From: Candidatus Latescibacterota bacterium
GTDB lineage: Bacteria; Latescibacterota; UBA2968; GCA-2709665
Assembly: GCA_963662665.2 (NCBI GenBank)
Contig: CAXXJS010000028.1
Coordinates: 1 to 64,000 of the forward strand
Length of the DNA: 64,000 nt
Reading direction: 5' to 3'
Part shown: in pieces, positions 31,068-40,735 of the stretch
How the letters are laid out: every line of letters starts with the position of its first letter
Position numbering within the stretch: position 1 is the stretch's first letter
Made by a program: the position numbers and the translations under genes
The notes under the pieces: generated by a model
Databases searched by the model: none
What the model saw: only the letters and a program-made list of their open reading frames with translations
What the model was told of the DNA's origin: nothing

Positions 31068-34046
31068 GTGCCGTTTCGGCTTGCGCTTCCCATAATGCTC
31101 CTGGTATTCGCCTTTTTAGTCGTACAGGCGGCAGCCCAGCAGGTCCCGCCGGACGAACCCTGGCGCACGCTCGAAACGGAACACTTCCGCGTCACCTTCC
31201 CGGAGCACCTGGAAGACCTGGCGCGCAGGGCAGCCGATAGCGCGGAATGGGCCCACGCCCGGCTTTCCGAACAGTTCGTACAGGGACCTCGTGGAACCAT
31301 CGATCTGGTCGTCACCGATCACATCGATGCATCCAACGGCTACGCGACCCGGTTTCCCTCCAACCGCATCGTCCTTTACGCACGGACACCGGTCGACAGT
31401 TTCCTGCTCGGCTATTTCGACGACTGGCTGGAACTACTGATCGTTCACGAACTGACGCACATCTTTCATCTCGACCGATCCGGACGGTACAGCGTTCGGG
31501 GACTGTTCGGACGGATACCGGTCCCCGTTTTCGGCTTCCCGGCAATCGCAACGCCCCTGTGGGTGATCGAGGGCATCGCCACCTGGTACGAGTCCGCGCT
31601 TACCGGCGAGGGCCGCGTTCTGGGAACCTACCACAACATGGTGCTCCGAACAGCGGCCCTGGAGGGTCGCTTCGAGTCCATCGGACAGGCAGGGGGATGG
31701 TCGTCGCAGTGGCCTGGGGGGCTTCGCGTGTACGTTTACGGATCTATGTTCTTCGAACACCTCATGCGCAAGTACGGCCGGGACCGGATGTCTGCATTCG
31801 TCGAAGCCGTAGAGGGCCAGTGGATTCCCTATCGTCTCGACGCCGCGGGAAGGAACGCCTTCGGCGCCAGCCTGTCGAACGAGTGGACCGCGTGGGCGAA
31901 CGGTTGGCGAACGGAGGCAGCAGAGCTCGACGCCCGCCTCGCCCGGATCGGGCCGGTCTCCCAACCCGAAAGGATGACCCATGGCGCCCGCTACGCGCTC
32001 CACCCGAAAGTGTCACCCGACGGCGGGATGTTGTCTTACATCCGATCGGACGGCAGATCGGACCGGAAACTCGTATCCGCCAGGCCCGGTGGCGGTGTCG
32101 AATCGACTCTCGCCCGGGTCTGGGGGAGCAACTTCGATTTCACACCCGGCGGGGACGTCCTCCTGGCCCAGTTCGAGTTCGCCGGGCCATACCGGCGGTA
32201 TAGTGACATCTACCGGGTGACCCGGGACGGCGTGATACAGCGGATGACCAACGGCGCGCGGCTGACCGCGCCTTCGGCCGGCCCCCGTAACCGGGCGGTT
32301 GCCGTCTCGGAAGGAGAGGGCACGAACGGACTTGCCCGCGTCAATACCCTTACCGGCGCCATCGAGACCCTGGTTCGCCCCGATGCGGGCGTCTACGGGG
32401 CGTTTCCGGCGGTGTCTCCCGATGGGAGGCGGATTGCGGCAACCCGCTGGAAGGGCGGGTACCACGACGTCGTCATCCTGGACGCTGACGGCAGCCTCGT
32501 CAGGCGTGTCACCAATGACCGTGCCATTGACTTTGCCCCCGCCTGGAGCGCCGACGGGCGGTGGCTGGTATGGTCGTCCGACCGGACCGGTATCCTGAAT
32601 GTTTTCGCCGCTCGGGTCGACAGTGGGCGGACAGAGCCGCCGGTCATGCTCACGAACGTCCGAACGGGCGCGGCGTGGCCCAGCGTGGACCCATTGGGGC
32701 AATGGCTCTATTTCTCGGGGTATCACGTGGACGGCTGGGAGATCGAACGCATTCCGTTCAATCCGGCCGCCGCGCCGCCCGCGCCTCCATACCCCGCCGA
32801 TTCAACGCGCACCGCGGCAGGCATGCTCGCGGCGGAAGTCGCGACGGCGGATAGAGGATCTCGCCCGCGCGCTGTCGGGCCGGTACGTGACTACTCACCG
32901 GTTCCGACACTCCTTCCCCGTTACTGGCTCCCCTTCGGGACGGTATCTCTCTCCGGAGCCGGAACGGACGCAACGCCGCGGACGAAGGTCCTCGGTTCGT
33001 CAGTCGGCGCCCTCACCTCCGGTGTGGACCTCGTGGGACAACACGCCTACTACGTGGGGGCCAGGATATTTCTGCCCGCTGGAGGATATTCGGGAGGGAG
33101 GGGGGCGGGCTTTCTTTCGTATCGGTACTCCGGACTCGGTAACCCCACGCTGAACGTGTCGACGTCTCAGAACTGGGATGAGGATCGAGTCAGGATGGGG
33201 GGGCGGAACGGCGACGCCCCGGCCGACACCATCTTCATCCTTGAACGTGCGCGCCGGGCCGTCCTGTTGATGACCCTTGCGCGTCCGAGGGCGTGGAGCG
33301 CGGTTTCATTCACGCTTTCAGGCGGCCTGTTGCGGGAGGACCGGGAGGCGCTGGATACGGAACTCAGGCCGGCGGATCTGCCGAAATACGACAGCCCTCA
33401 CAGCACCCTGGGGGAAATTGCGGCGGGTTTCTCGGCCTCCACCGCCAGGTCGCACGCGTTTCAGATGGGCAATGCCGCCGGCGCGTCATTCTCCGTGCAG
33501 GCGACGCGGCGGTTCGACGTCACCAGGGAGTCTTTGGACGACCGTTCCGTGGATGCCGTCTCCGGCGACTTCAGGACCTACGCGAAACTGCCGGGAGGCG
33601 GATTCGCGGCGCCCGTGGTGGCGCTCAGGACAAGCGCGGGCGCGGCGCGTGGACCGGATAGCGGGAGGGGCTACTTCAAAGTCGGGGGCATCGCGCGGCG
33701 CCTGTTTCCCGTTCGGGGGTACGAACACACGCAAAGATCCGGGCGGCGCGCCTGGGCCGCCACGCTGGAGTTACGCCTGCCGGCCGCGCTGGTCAACCGT
33801 GCCCTCGGAACGCCGTTGTTGCACTTCGACCGCGCCTCTCTCACGCTCTTCGCCGACGCGGGCAACGCCTGGGGGCGGGATAACTCGCCGCAGGGCACGC
33901 CCGAACCGCTCTTGTCCGCCGGCGCCGAGTTCGTCTACGATTTCGGCATCCTCTACCTTCCATTCCGCTTCCTCGCCGGCGCAGGATACGGGTTCACAGA
34001 CCCGAAGGGCGCCGTTCCCTACCTCCGCCTTGGGACTTCGTTTTGA
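31068..34046 (+). CDS. Outer-membrane protein: zinc-peptidase-like domain + PD40 beta-propeller + BamA/TamA-like barrel
   Basis: Signal peptide, HELTH...WVIEGIA, repeats PKVSPDG/PAVSPDG/PAWSADG, VRGY motif, C-terminal LRLGTSF. Start uncertain (30987-31095). Confidence 0.85.
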   Translation: MPFRLALPIMLLVFAFLVVQAAAQQVPPDEPWRTLETEHFRVTFPEHLEDLARRAADSAEWAHARLSEQFVQGPRGTIDLVVTDHIDASNGYATRFPSNRIVLYARTPVDSFLLGYFDDWLELLIVHELTHIFHLDRSGRYSVRGLFGRIPVPVFGFPAIATPLWVIEGIATWYESALTGEGRVLGTYHNMVLRTAALEGRFESIGQAGGWSSQWPGGLRVYVYGSMFFEHLMRKYGRDRMSAFVEAVEGQWIPYRLDAAGRNAFGASLSNEWTAWANGWRTEAAELDARLARIGPVSQPERMTHGARYALHPKVSPDGGMLSYIRSDGRSDRKLVSARPGGGVESTLARVWGSNFDFTPGGDVLLAQFEFAGPYRRYSDIYRVTRDGVIQRMTNGARLTAPSAGPRNRAVAVSEGEGTNGLARVNTLTGAIETLVRPDAGVYGAFPAVSPDGRRIAATRWKGGYHDVVILDADGSLVRRVTNDRAIDFAPAWSADGRWLVWSSDRTGILNVFAARVDSGRTEPPVMLTNVRTGAAWPSVDPLGQWLYFSGYHVDGWEIERIPFNPAAAPPAPPYPADSTRTAAGMLAAEVATADRGSRPRAVGPVRDYSPVPTLLPRYWLPFGTVSLSGAGTDATPRTKVLGSSVGALTSGVDLVGQHAYYVGARIFLPAGGYSGGRGAGFLSYRYSGLGNPTLNVSTSQNWDEDRVRMGGRNGDAPADTIFILERARRAVLLMTLARPRAWSAVSFTLSGGLLREDREALDTELRPADLPKYDSPHSTLGEIAAGFSASTARSHAFQMGNAAGASFSVQATRRFDVTRESLDDRSVDAVSGDFRTYAKLPGGGFAAPVVALRTSAGAARGPDSGRGYFKVGGIARRLFPVRGYEHTQRSGRRAWAATLELRLPAALVNRALGTPLLHFDRASLTLFADAGNAWGRDNSPQGTPEPLLSAGAEFVYDFGILYLPFRFLAGAGYGFTDPKGAVPYLRLGTSF

Positions 34047-34092
34047 ATCGGAATTAAACAAATACAATAGCGGGGATCTGGCGCCCGCACAC

Positions 34093-34131
34093 AAAAACCC
34101 CCCGGAGATTACTCTTCCGGGGGTTTGTTTT
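34093..34131. terminator. Bidirectional rho-independent terminator
   Basis: A-tract, CCCCCGGA/TCCGGGGG stem, T-tract, between convergent genes. Confidence 0.8.
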
Positions 34132-34200
34132 GCCGGCCCTGCAATTCTCAAACCCGCGCGCCGTGCTTAGATCATCTTCAAATCGACTCTACGGCAGCGA

Positions 34201-34458
34201 TTATCCGTGATCCACCTTGAGCGCATCCAGGTCGGCGTATTCATTCAGACCCGCTCCCGTACCTGCCCGCCGCATTGCCTCTTTGGTCTCGTCATTGGGA
34301 ATCCTTACCTCAAACGGCAAGCCGCCATACAAGGTAACTTGAGAGTAGAACAATGTGATCGCTTCTGTCGTGGATAGCCCCAGTTTTGAGAAAACCTCCT
34401 CGGCCTGGTGCTTCAACCGGGGTTCAACACGGGCCCGGATGAATTCCGTCTTTGCCAT
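34201..34458 (-). CDS. RelB/DinJ family antitoxin (no toxin adjacent)
   Basis: MAKTEFIRARVEPRLKHQAEEVFSKLGLSTTEAITLFYSQV..GLPFEVRIPN; GGAGG SD. Confidence 0.92.
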   Translation of the reverse strand: MAKTEFIRARVEPRLKHQAEEVFSKLGLSTTEAITLFYSQVTLYGGLPFEVRIPNDETKEAMRRAGTGAGLNEYADLDALKVDHG

Positions 34459-34480
34459 AGAAACCTCCGTATCTTCAAGA

Positions 34481-34500
34481 TGTATCACAAACGGGATACA
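34481..34500. promoter_or_regulatory. Operator palindrome upstream of the DinJ-like antitoxin
   Basis: TGTATC-N8-GATACA, overlapping a TTGCAT-N17-TACATC promoter-like sequence on the minus strand. Confidence 0.6.
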
Positions 34501-34582
34501 AATGCAACCGCTTCTTGCACCCAGCCGGAAACCCGACCTCAAGTTATTCATTCGCGGGCGTTTGTCATATCCACGCTGATGT

Positions 34583-35707
34583 TTAGTCACCTGTGCAGGC
34601 CGTTTCGTAAGTCCACTCTCGCCCAAACCCCTGTTGTTTTGCAATTGACATTAGAGGTATCAAGGTCTTGTGATACGCAGATTTCAAATCTTCGCGGTCC
34701 AGCGTTTGGTCTGCACAAATGAAGAGGTCCGTAGTGTACGGCTCGACGACCTTTTTCCATTTTTCGTCGCTCATACTGTCCCGTGCGATGGAAAGCGAGG
34801 TACTTTGGGTTTCAGCCAAACCGTCAATGTATTTCTCACATGGGATTTGGTCACTTTTTTTACTGTTCGCGTAGGAATCAGCGGGTATCAGGTTCCATAA
34901 CTGATCGTGCGCGACGAATCTCCATGGCAGGAAGTGATCCAATTCATAACCACAATCCAGTTTTTTCCCTGTGTAAATACACCGGATATCTGATTCACTT
35001 ATAGCTATATCCCAATACCTTCGCTGGACATTGAGAGACGCCCTCCTATCCGGCGGGAGCAATTTTCGCGTTACAGCGGGAATACCTGGATTCCGCCGCT
35101 GCATATAATCCGCCCAATTCCATAATGCCCATCCCTCGACAATCGTCTGATTTTGTTTCAAATAAGCAACCCACTCCGGATGCAAAAGGATACATTCCTC
35201 AGAATTGTCGAAACGGAAGAGAGGACGTCGTACACAAAATCGCTCGGCAGCGAGATTGAAAACTTCCCGGTTCACCCGTTGATCTGGCATGCCTCTGGTT
35301 TCTCCGGCAAAAAACGGCCGCAAAATCCGGTGGGGAACATAGCGCATCAATTCGTAATCCAGCACCTCATCACAACTGGCAAGGAGTTTGCGCAGTTTCT
35401 GACGCCCGGATTTGGGCAGCAGCTTTCGTTCATCATCGATTTGGGGAATCGATCGCAAAGCTGAGGCGATTTTATCCTGAGTGCCGAATGACAACTTGAA
35501 AAAAACATGAGGATACCATGCAGTAACCAGCATCTCAACTTCTATATCCCTCAATAGAATGCCGTCACCAGTCTCAAAACGCCTGTCCTTTAACAAAGTC
35601 AGCAACGCGAAGAAAAATAGATATTTGTATGAATTTGTCGTATGCCTGAACAAACCGCTCAGAGTTGCGATATCCAATCGATCGGAATGTGGTAATTGTT
35701 GATTCAT
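34583..35707 (-). CDS. HNH endonuclease domain-containing protein
   Basis: TTNSYKYLFF N-terminus, CIYTG...LDHFLPW..HDQLWNLIP...NSKKSD. Visibly lower GC than its flanks. Confidence 0.88.
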   Translation of the reverse strand: MNQQLPHSDRLDIATLSGLFRHTTNSYKYLFFFALLTLLKDRRFETGDGILLRDIEVEMLVTAWYPHVFFKLSFGTQDKIASALRSIPQIDDERKLLPKSGRQKLRKLLASCDEVLDYELMRYVPHRILRPFFAGETRGMPDQRVNREVFNLAAERFCVRRPLFRFDNSEECILLHPEWVAYLKQNQTIVEGWALWNWADYMQRRNPGIPAVTRKLLPPDRRASLNVQRRYWDIAISESDIRCIYTGKKLDCGYELDHFLPWRFVAHDQLWNLIPADSYANSKKSDQIPCEKYIDGLAETQSTSLSIARDSMSDEKWKKVVEPYTTDLFICADQTLDREDLKSAYHKTLIPLMSIAKQQGFGREWTYETACTGD

Positions 35708-36088
35708 TAAGGATCAATCCGATCGGTGAACGGATGGATTATTTGGAACTGAGCAGAAACAATGGGATTTGGCGCACCACGATACCGATGGCGCGTGGTG
35801 TACAAAGGCGTCGTGAATGTCGCAAAATGCGACGTACCGTTCTATCGTACGTTGCGGCATTGTCGTTGTCAATGTGAATCCATATGGGAAAACTGGCGCC
35901 CCTGCACACCTGTAATCAGGGATTCTTTTTTGTTCCGGGCGGAGGTTTACGGTATATTTATCTCTTTCGGATTCGGCAAGCCTGCACCGACCCTTCGACA
36001 GGCACAGGGAGCGGTGCAGGATTCAGTCGCATTTCCTGGATGATTTCGGAGCGGGAGCTTTTCTTCTGTCTCCTTTCCGGGAGAAGGA

Positions 36089-36354
36089 TAGCGACGTGGG
36101 CAGACAGGAATGTCCGCCCCGCCTTCACACCGGCTTTCTCAGGATGACAGTTCAAGCGTGCGTGTCCTGGGTACATCTGACCGAGAGTTGTCGAACAACA
36201 TGTCATTCTGAGCGAAGTCGAAGAATCTCCCGTCTAGTCAATTATCCTCAACGCAGAAACACACGTAAACACATCTGCGCGGAGACATCTTAAGCTCGAC
36301 GGCCTTTAGCGACATGGGCAGACAGGAATGTCTGCCCCACCTTCACACCGGCTT
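36089..36354 (+). repeat. Direct repeat of about 48 bp containing a GGGCAGACAGGAATGTCTGCCC hairpin
   Basis: Copies at 36089-36136 and 36307-36354 with about 3 mismatches. A GTCATTCTGAGCGAAGTCGAAGAATCT element lies between them. Confidence 0.85.
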
Positions 36355-36439
36355 CCTTAGTGTGTGAATACACGTGTGCCGGATGCCGGGGCTGATCGAT
36401 GATCCTGTAACTATGGAGAATTGGAGGGATGTTTCGACC

Positions 36440-37699
36440 ATGTCCGACCTGATACCGCTTCATGGGGGGCTGTCCGCGCCCGTTTGCCGCATGGTTCCGG
36501 CCCACGAGAGGGACGTTTTCCGCGAGAATGCATCGAAGCTGGTCCGCGTTCCGGTAAGCGACGCCGATCTGTCCACGGTCTACCGTTTCGGAGACGGGGG
36601 GCTGAGTCCGCTCACCGGTCCGATGAATTCGGAGACCTGGCACAGAGTACTGGAAGATAGTGTCATCAATTTCAATGGGAAGCCGTATGCCTGGACCATT
36701 CCATTGGCCTTGCCGATCGGGAGCGATCTGGCCGGGCAACTCGAGGTCGGGCAGACGGTTGCCCTCGTGCGTCAGGACGGGGGAATTGTGGGCAGCCTTG
36801 ATATCAGCGATGTTTTTCTCTGGGACAAGCTGGCCTATCTGAAGAGCGTCTACCTCACCGAACGGACCGACCATCCCGGCGCGGATATGGTACTGAACGC
36901 AGACGCCGACAAGACCCATCTTCTGGGAGGGGAAATCAGGGTGTTGCCGCAACCGAGGCACCCCGCGTTCGGTCGCTATATGCACACACCAGCCGAGGTC
37001 CGTCGTCTCCTTTCCGAAACGGGTTGGCAGCGGGTGGTTGCGTTCCAGACCCGGAACCCGCTGCACCGCGCGCACGAATACGCCCTGGTATACGGTCTGG
37101 AAACGCTGATTCGGCAGGGGATAAACGCGGGCGCCTGTCTGAACCCCCTGGTGGGAGAAACCAAGTCGGACGACGTCAACGCGGAAATCCGGATGCGGAC
37201 CTACGAGGCGTTGATCGAGTCCCGCGGTCTGGGGGAGGGGGACAGCGATGCCGAATTGTGGGAGCCCAGGGGCGAAGCCGTGCCGGACAGGGTGATTCTC
37301 ATCGGGCTGGATATCAAGATGTTTTACGCCGGCCCCAAAGAGGCGGTTATGCACGGGATATACCGCCAGAACTTCGGTTTTACCGATATCATCATCGGCC
37401 GAAAACACGCCGATGCGCCGTTTCACGACGGCAGTCCGATCTGGGGAGATTTCGACGCCCAGGAGGTGTTCCAACAGCTGAACGGAAGCCTTGAGATCCG
37501 GCCCCTGAACGTGGGTTTCGCGGCGTTCTACGAGTCGTTGGGACGGGTGGACCTGATGGAGAACCATCCCCAAGAGCAGCCCGTGTTCATTTCAGGAAAA
37601 CAGGTGCGGGAGATGCTTCTGAAAGGGGAGGCGGTGGATCCGCGGATTATGAGGCCCGGCACTTCCGTGATTCTGAGCGAGGCGATGGCGGGAAATTGA
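36440..37699 (+). CDS. sat: Sulfate adenylyltransferase
   Basis: [49 protein letters not shown]. Confidence 0.95.
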   Translation: MSDLIPLHGGLSAPVCRMVPAHERDVFRENASKLVRVPVSDADLSTVYRFGDGGLSPLTGPMNSETWHRVLEDSVINFNGKPYAWTIPLALPIGSDLAGQLEVGQTVALVRQDGGIVGSLDISDVFLWDKLAYLKSVYLTERTDHPGADMVLNADADKTHLLGGEIRVLPQPRHPAFGRYMHTPAEVRRLLSETGWQRVVAFQTRNPLHRAHEYALVYGLETLIRQGINAGACLNPLVGETKSDDVNAEIRMRTYEALIESRGLGEGDSDAELWEPRGEAVPDRVILIGLDIKMFYAGPKEAVMHGIYRQNFGFTDIIIGRKHADAPFHDGSPIWGDFDAQEVFQQLNGSLEIRPLNVGFAAFYESLGRVDLMENHPQEQPVFISGKQVREMLLKGEAVDPRIMRPGTSVILSEAMAGN

Positions 37700-37862
37700 G
37701 ATCCGGCGAACGCGCCCGCATCCTTGCTCGCCATTCCAGGCGGCATTGAATTTCGGGGAATGCCCTTGACAACAATGGGCTGATAGGATAAATTGAGCGG
37801 GCTTTGGAAGCCGGCAAACCGGTTGTCATTTCACGCGTTTTTTGTGGGAAGAAGGGGATGCG

Positions 37863-38480
37863 ATGTACGAGTTCCTGTTGGACGAAGATCCGGAGGAAGA
37901 AGAGGAGGAGGAAGCGCAGCGGGAGGGTCATGGCGAGTTCATCGTCAGAAACCTGATCAGGGCGCGCACCATTCTGATCTCTGATCCGATCGACCATAAG
38001 CTGACAACCCGGGTAATTGCCCAGTTGTTGCTGATGGACAGCGCCGACCCGGATAAACCGATCAGAATCCTGATCAACTCGCCGGGGGGCAGCGCGGACG
38101 ACGGCTTCGCCATCTACGACATGATTCGCTTTGTCCGTCCGCCCGTTAATATTGTCAGTGTCGGTTTGTCTGCCAGCGCGGCCACGGTCATCATGCTGGC
38201 CGCGGAAAAAGCAGACCGATTCGCGCTGCCGAACGCGCGAATTATGATCCATCAGCCTTCGATGCGGTATATGGGTGTCGCGGAAGACGTAAAACGCACC
38301 GCGGAACAGATTCTCAAGCTGCGGGAGAGGATCAATGAACTGTACGCCCGGGAGACCGGACAACCACTGGACAAAGTGGTTGAAGACACGGACCGGGACT
38401 ACTGGATGTCTGCACAGGAAGCGGTGGAATACGGACTGATCAGCAGGGTTGTAACGCATTTCAACGAACTTGACGTGTAG
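37863..38480 (+). CDS. clpP: ATP-dependent Clp protease proteolytic subunit
   Basis: INSPGG, catalytic Ser in SASAA, MIHQP, DRDYWM. Confidence 0.95.
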   Translation: MYEFLLDEDPEEEEEEEAQREGHGEFIVRNLIRARTILISDPIDHKLTTRVIAQLLLMDSADPDKPIRILINSPGGSADDGFAIYDMIRFVRPPVNIVSVGLSASAATVIMLAAEKADRFALPNARIMIHQPSMRYMGVAEDVKRTAEQILKLRERINELYARETGQPLDKVVEDTDRDYWMSAQEAVEYGLISRVVTHFNELDV

Positions 38481-38503
38481 TGACGCGATGGTTTCGCGAT
38501 TCG

Positions 38504-38538
38504 GCAGGGGCACAGAACGTGGTGCCCCTGCTTTCTTT
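38504..38538 (+). terminator. Rho-independent terminator after clpP
   Basis: GCAGGGGCAC/GTGCCCCTGC stem followed by TTTCTTT. Confidence 0.75.
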
Positions 38539-38596
38539 AATTGGGGGCGTCTGTAGGGCGCCACGCGCCCCTGCGCCACTGAACCGGGAACCCTGA

Positions 38597-39628
38597 ATGT
38601 CCCGAACCGACCGTTTTCTGAAAGCCTGCCGCCGCGAGCCGGTGGACGCCACGCCGGTCTGGCTGATGCGCCAGGCGGGCCGGTATATGCCCGCGTACCG
38701 GAAGCTGAAGGAAAAATACGCCTTTCTGGAAATGGTGAAGACGCCGGATATCGCCACCGAGATCACGTTACAGCCCGTAAATGCGTTCAACGTGGACGCG
38801 GCCATCGTCTTCCAGGACATACTGCCGATCCTGGAGCCGATGGGCCTGCAACTGGAATACGTGGGGGGCGAGGGGCCCGTGATTCACAACCCGGTACGCA
38901 CACCCGCGGACGTGGACGCCCTCACCATTCGCCCCGCGGCCGAAGCCATGGATTTCGCCGCAACCGCCATCCGCCAGGTCAGGCGAGCGCTGGGCGACAG
39001 AGTTCCGCTCATCGGGTTTTCCGGGGCGCCGTTTACGCTGGTCTGTTACGCGGTGGAAGGAGGCGCTTCACGCGACTTCCGGATTGCCAAGGGCCTTATG
39101 TACGGACAGCCGGAGACCTGGCGGCGCCTTATGGAAAAAATGGCCGCGGCCGTAGGAGACTATCTTCAGACCCAGGCGGCGGCGGGGGCCCAGGCGCTGC
39201 AGTTGTTCGACAGCTGGGTGGGCGCGTTGAGCCCTGCCGATTACGAAGAGTACGTGCTGCCGCACACCCGGCGGGCGATTGAGACGGTCAGGGAGAAGCA
39301 CGACCTGCCCGTGGTCCATTTCGGTACGGGCACGTCCGGTATGCTGCCGCTCCTGAAACGGGCGGGCGGGGACGTGGTCGGGGTGGACTGGCGGATCGAA
39401 CTCAATGAGGCGTGGGACCGGTTAGGGGCGGACGTGGCGGTGCAGGGGAATCTGGATCCCACGGTGCTTTTTGCGACGGTACCGGAAATCGAACGGCAGG
39501 CCGCCCGGATCCTGGACGGCGTCCGGGGCCGGCCCGGGCATATTTTCAATCTCGGCCACGGCATCCTGCAGCACACCCCGGTTGAAAACGTGGCCGCGCT
39601 GGTCGAATTCGTACACGCTTACGGATAG
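38597..39628 (+). CDS. hemE: Uroporphyrinogen decarboxylase
   Basis: PVWLMRQAGRY, GFSGAPFTL, QLFDSW, FNLGHG. Confidence 0.98.
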   Translation: MSRTDRFLKACRREPVDATPVWLMRQAGRYMPAYRKLKEKYAFLEMVKTPDIATEITLQPVNAFNVDAAIVFQDILPILEPMGLQLEYVGGEGPVIHNPVRTPADVDALTIRPAAEAMDFAATAIRQVRRALGDRVPLIGFSGAPFTLVCYAVEGGASRDFRIAKGLMYGQPETWRRLMEKMAAAVGDYLQTQAAAGAQALQLFDSWVGALSPADYEEYVLPHTRRAIETVREKHDLPVVHFGTGTSGMLPLLKRAGGDVVGVDWRIELNEAWDRLGADVAVQGNLDPTVLFATVPEIERQAARILDGVRGRPGHIFNLGHGILQHTPVENVAALVEFVHAYG

Positions 39629-39634
39629 GTGACC

Positions 39635-40570
39635 ATGAAGAAGAAGGCCGTTTTGATGCTCGCCTACGGCAGTCCGGATTCGCTGGACGACATGGAAGCT
39701 TACCTGAACGATATCCGGGGCGGGCGCCCGATGTCTGGGGAATTCGTGGCGGAATTCAAGGGCCGGTACGCACGGATCGGCGGCAGGTCTCCGCTCAACG
39801 ACAACACCTTTGAACAGGCGGCGTGTGCCCAGCGTTCGTTGAGGGCCCGCGGGCAAGACGTGCGCGTTTACGTTGGCATGCGCCACTGGTCTCCATGGAT
39901 AAATGACACGGTGCGTCGGATGTCCGAAGATGGCGTTGAAGAGGCGGTTGCCATTGTGATGGCCCCGCACTACTCCCGTCTGAGTATCGGCAAGTACAGG
40001 GAGGCCGTGAATCTCGCAAACGAATCGGGTGGAAACAGGGTTCTGTTTTCCTTCGTGGATTCCTGGTGGCGGCAACCCGCGTTGCTGGACGCGCAGGAGG
40101 CTCACGTTCGTGCAGGGCTGAAGGCGTTTTCGCGCGAGGATCGAAAACACGTGAAAACCGTCTTCACCGCGCATAGCCTCCCGGAGCGGCTGTTGAAGAT
40201 GGGCGATCCATACGACGACGAACTGAAGAGCAACGCGAGAGCGGTGGCGGCACGCCTTGGCGACGTGGACTGGATGTTTTCCTATCAGAGCGCCGCGCAC
40301 ACGGGAGAGCCGTGGCTGGGCCCTCAGATCGAAGACGTGATCCCGGATCTGGCCGATGAAGGATACCGGCACGTGCTTGTTGCGCCCATCGGGTTTGTCT
40401 GCGACCACGTGGAGATCCTGTACGATATCGATATCGGACTTCAGGAAATTGCGAAGGCGCGGGGGGTGAACGTGAAGCGTATCGCGTCCATGAACAACGA
40501 CCCCACGTTCATCGATGCGGTGGTCGACGCGGTGGAAGGGAAGCTGAACAGTGTCCTGTCCCAAAAATAA
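39635..40570 (+). CDS. hemH: Ferrochelatase (coproporphyrin/Firmicutes-like)
   Basis: MLAYGSP, IGGRSPL, FTAHSLP, YQS..WLGP, GFVCDHVEILYDID. Confidence 0.96.
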   Translation: MKKKAVLMLAYGSPDSLDDMEAYLNDIRGGRPMSGEFVAEFKGRYARIGGRSPLNDNTFEQAACAQRSLRARGQDVRVYVGMRHWSPWINDTVRRMSEDGVEEAVAIVMAPHYSRLSIGKYREAVNLANESGGNRVLFSFVDSWWRQPALLDAQEAHVRAGLKAFSREDRKHVKTVFTAHSLPERLLKMGDPYDDELKSNARAVAARLGDVDWMFSYQSAAHTGEPWLGPQIEDVIPDLADEGYRHVLVAPIGFVCDHVEILYDIDIGLQEIAKARGVNVKRIASMNNDPTFIDAVVDAVEGKLNSVLSQK

Positions 40571-40735
40571 GTTGCCTAAATTCGGCCGTCGAGTCGCCCG
40601 GCTCGCAAGGCGACTCCGACCTGGGCAGGTCGGCGAGCGATGGCAACGTGGCGAGACGGGATGAATCGGCGGCCGAATGGTGAGGTATTTTTGGGACAGG
40701 ACACCAGGCTCCCAACGCCACAATGAGGTGCCGAA

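Noticed and set aside
35771-35779. GGCGCACCA matching the tRNA-Lys 3' end, a possible attR
   Set aside because: Only 9 bp and GC-rich, so expected by chance; no integrase is present.
36089-36354. Direct repeats as a CRISPR array
   Set aside because: Only two copies about 218 bp apart, with a REP-like hairpin and no cas genes.
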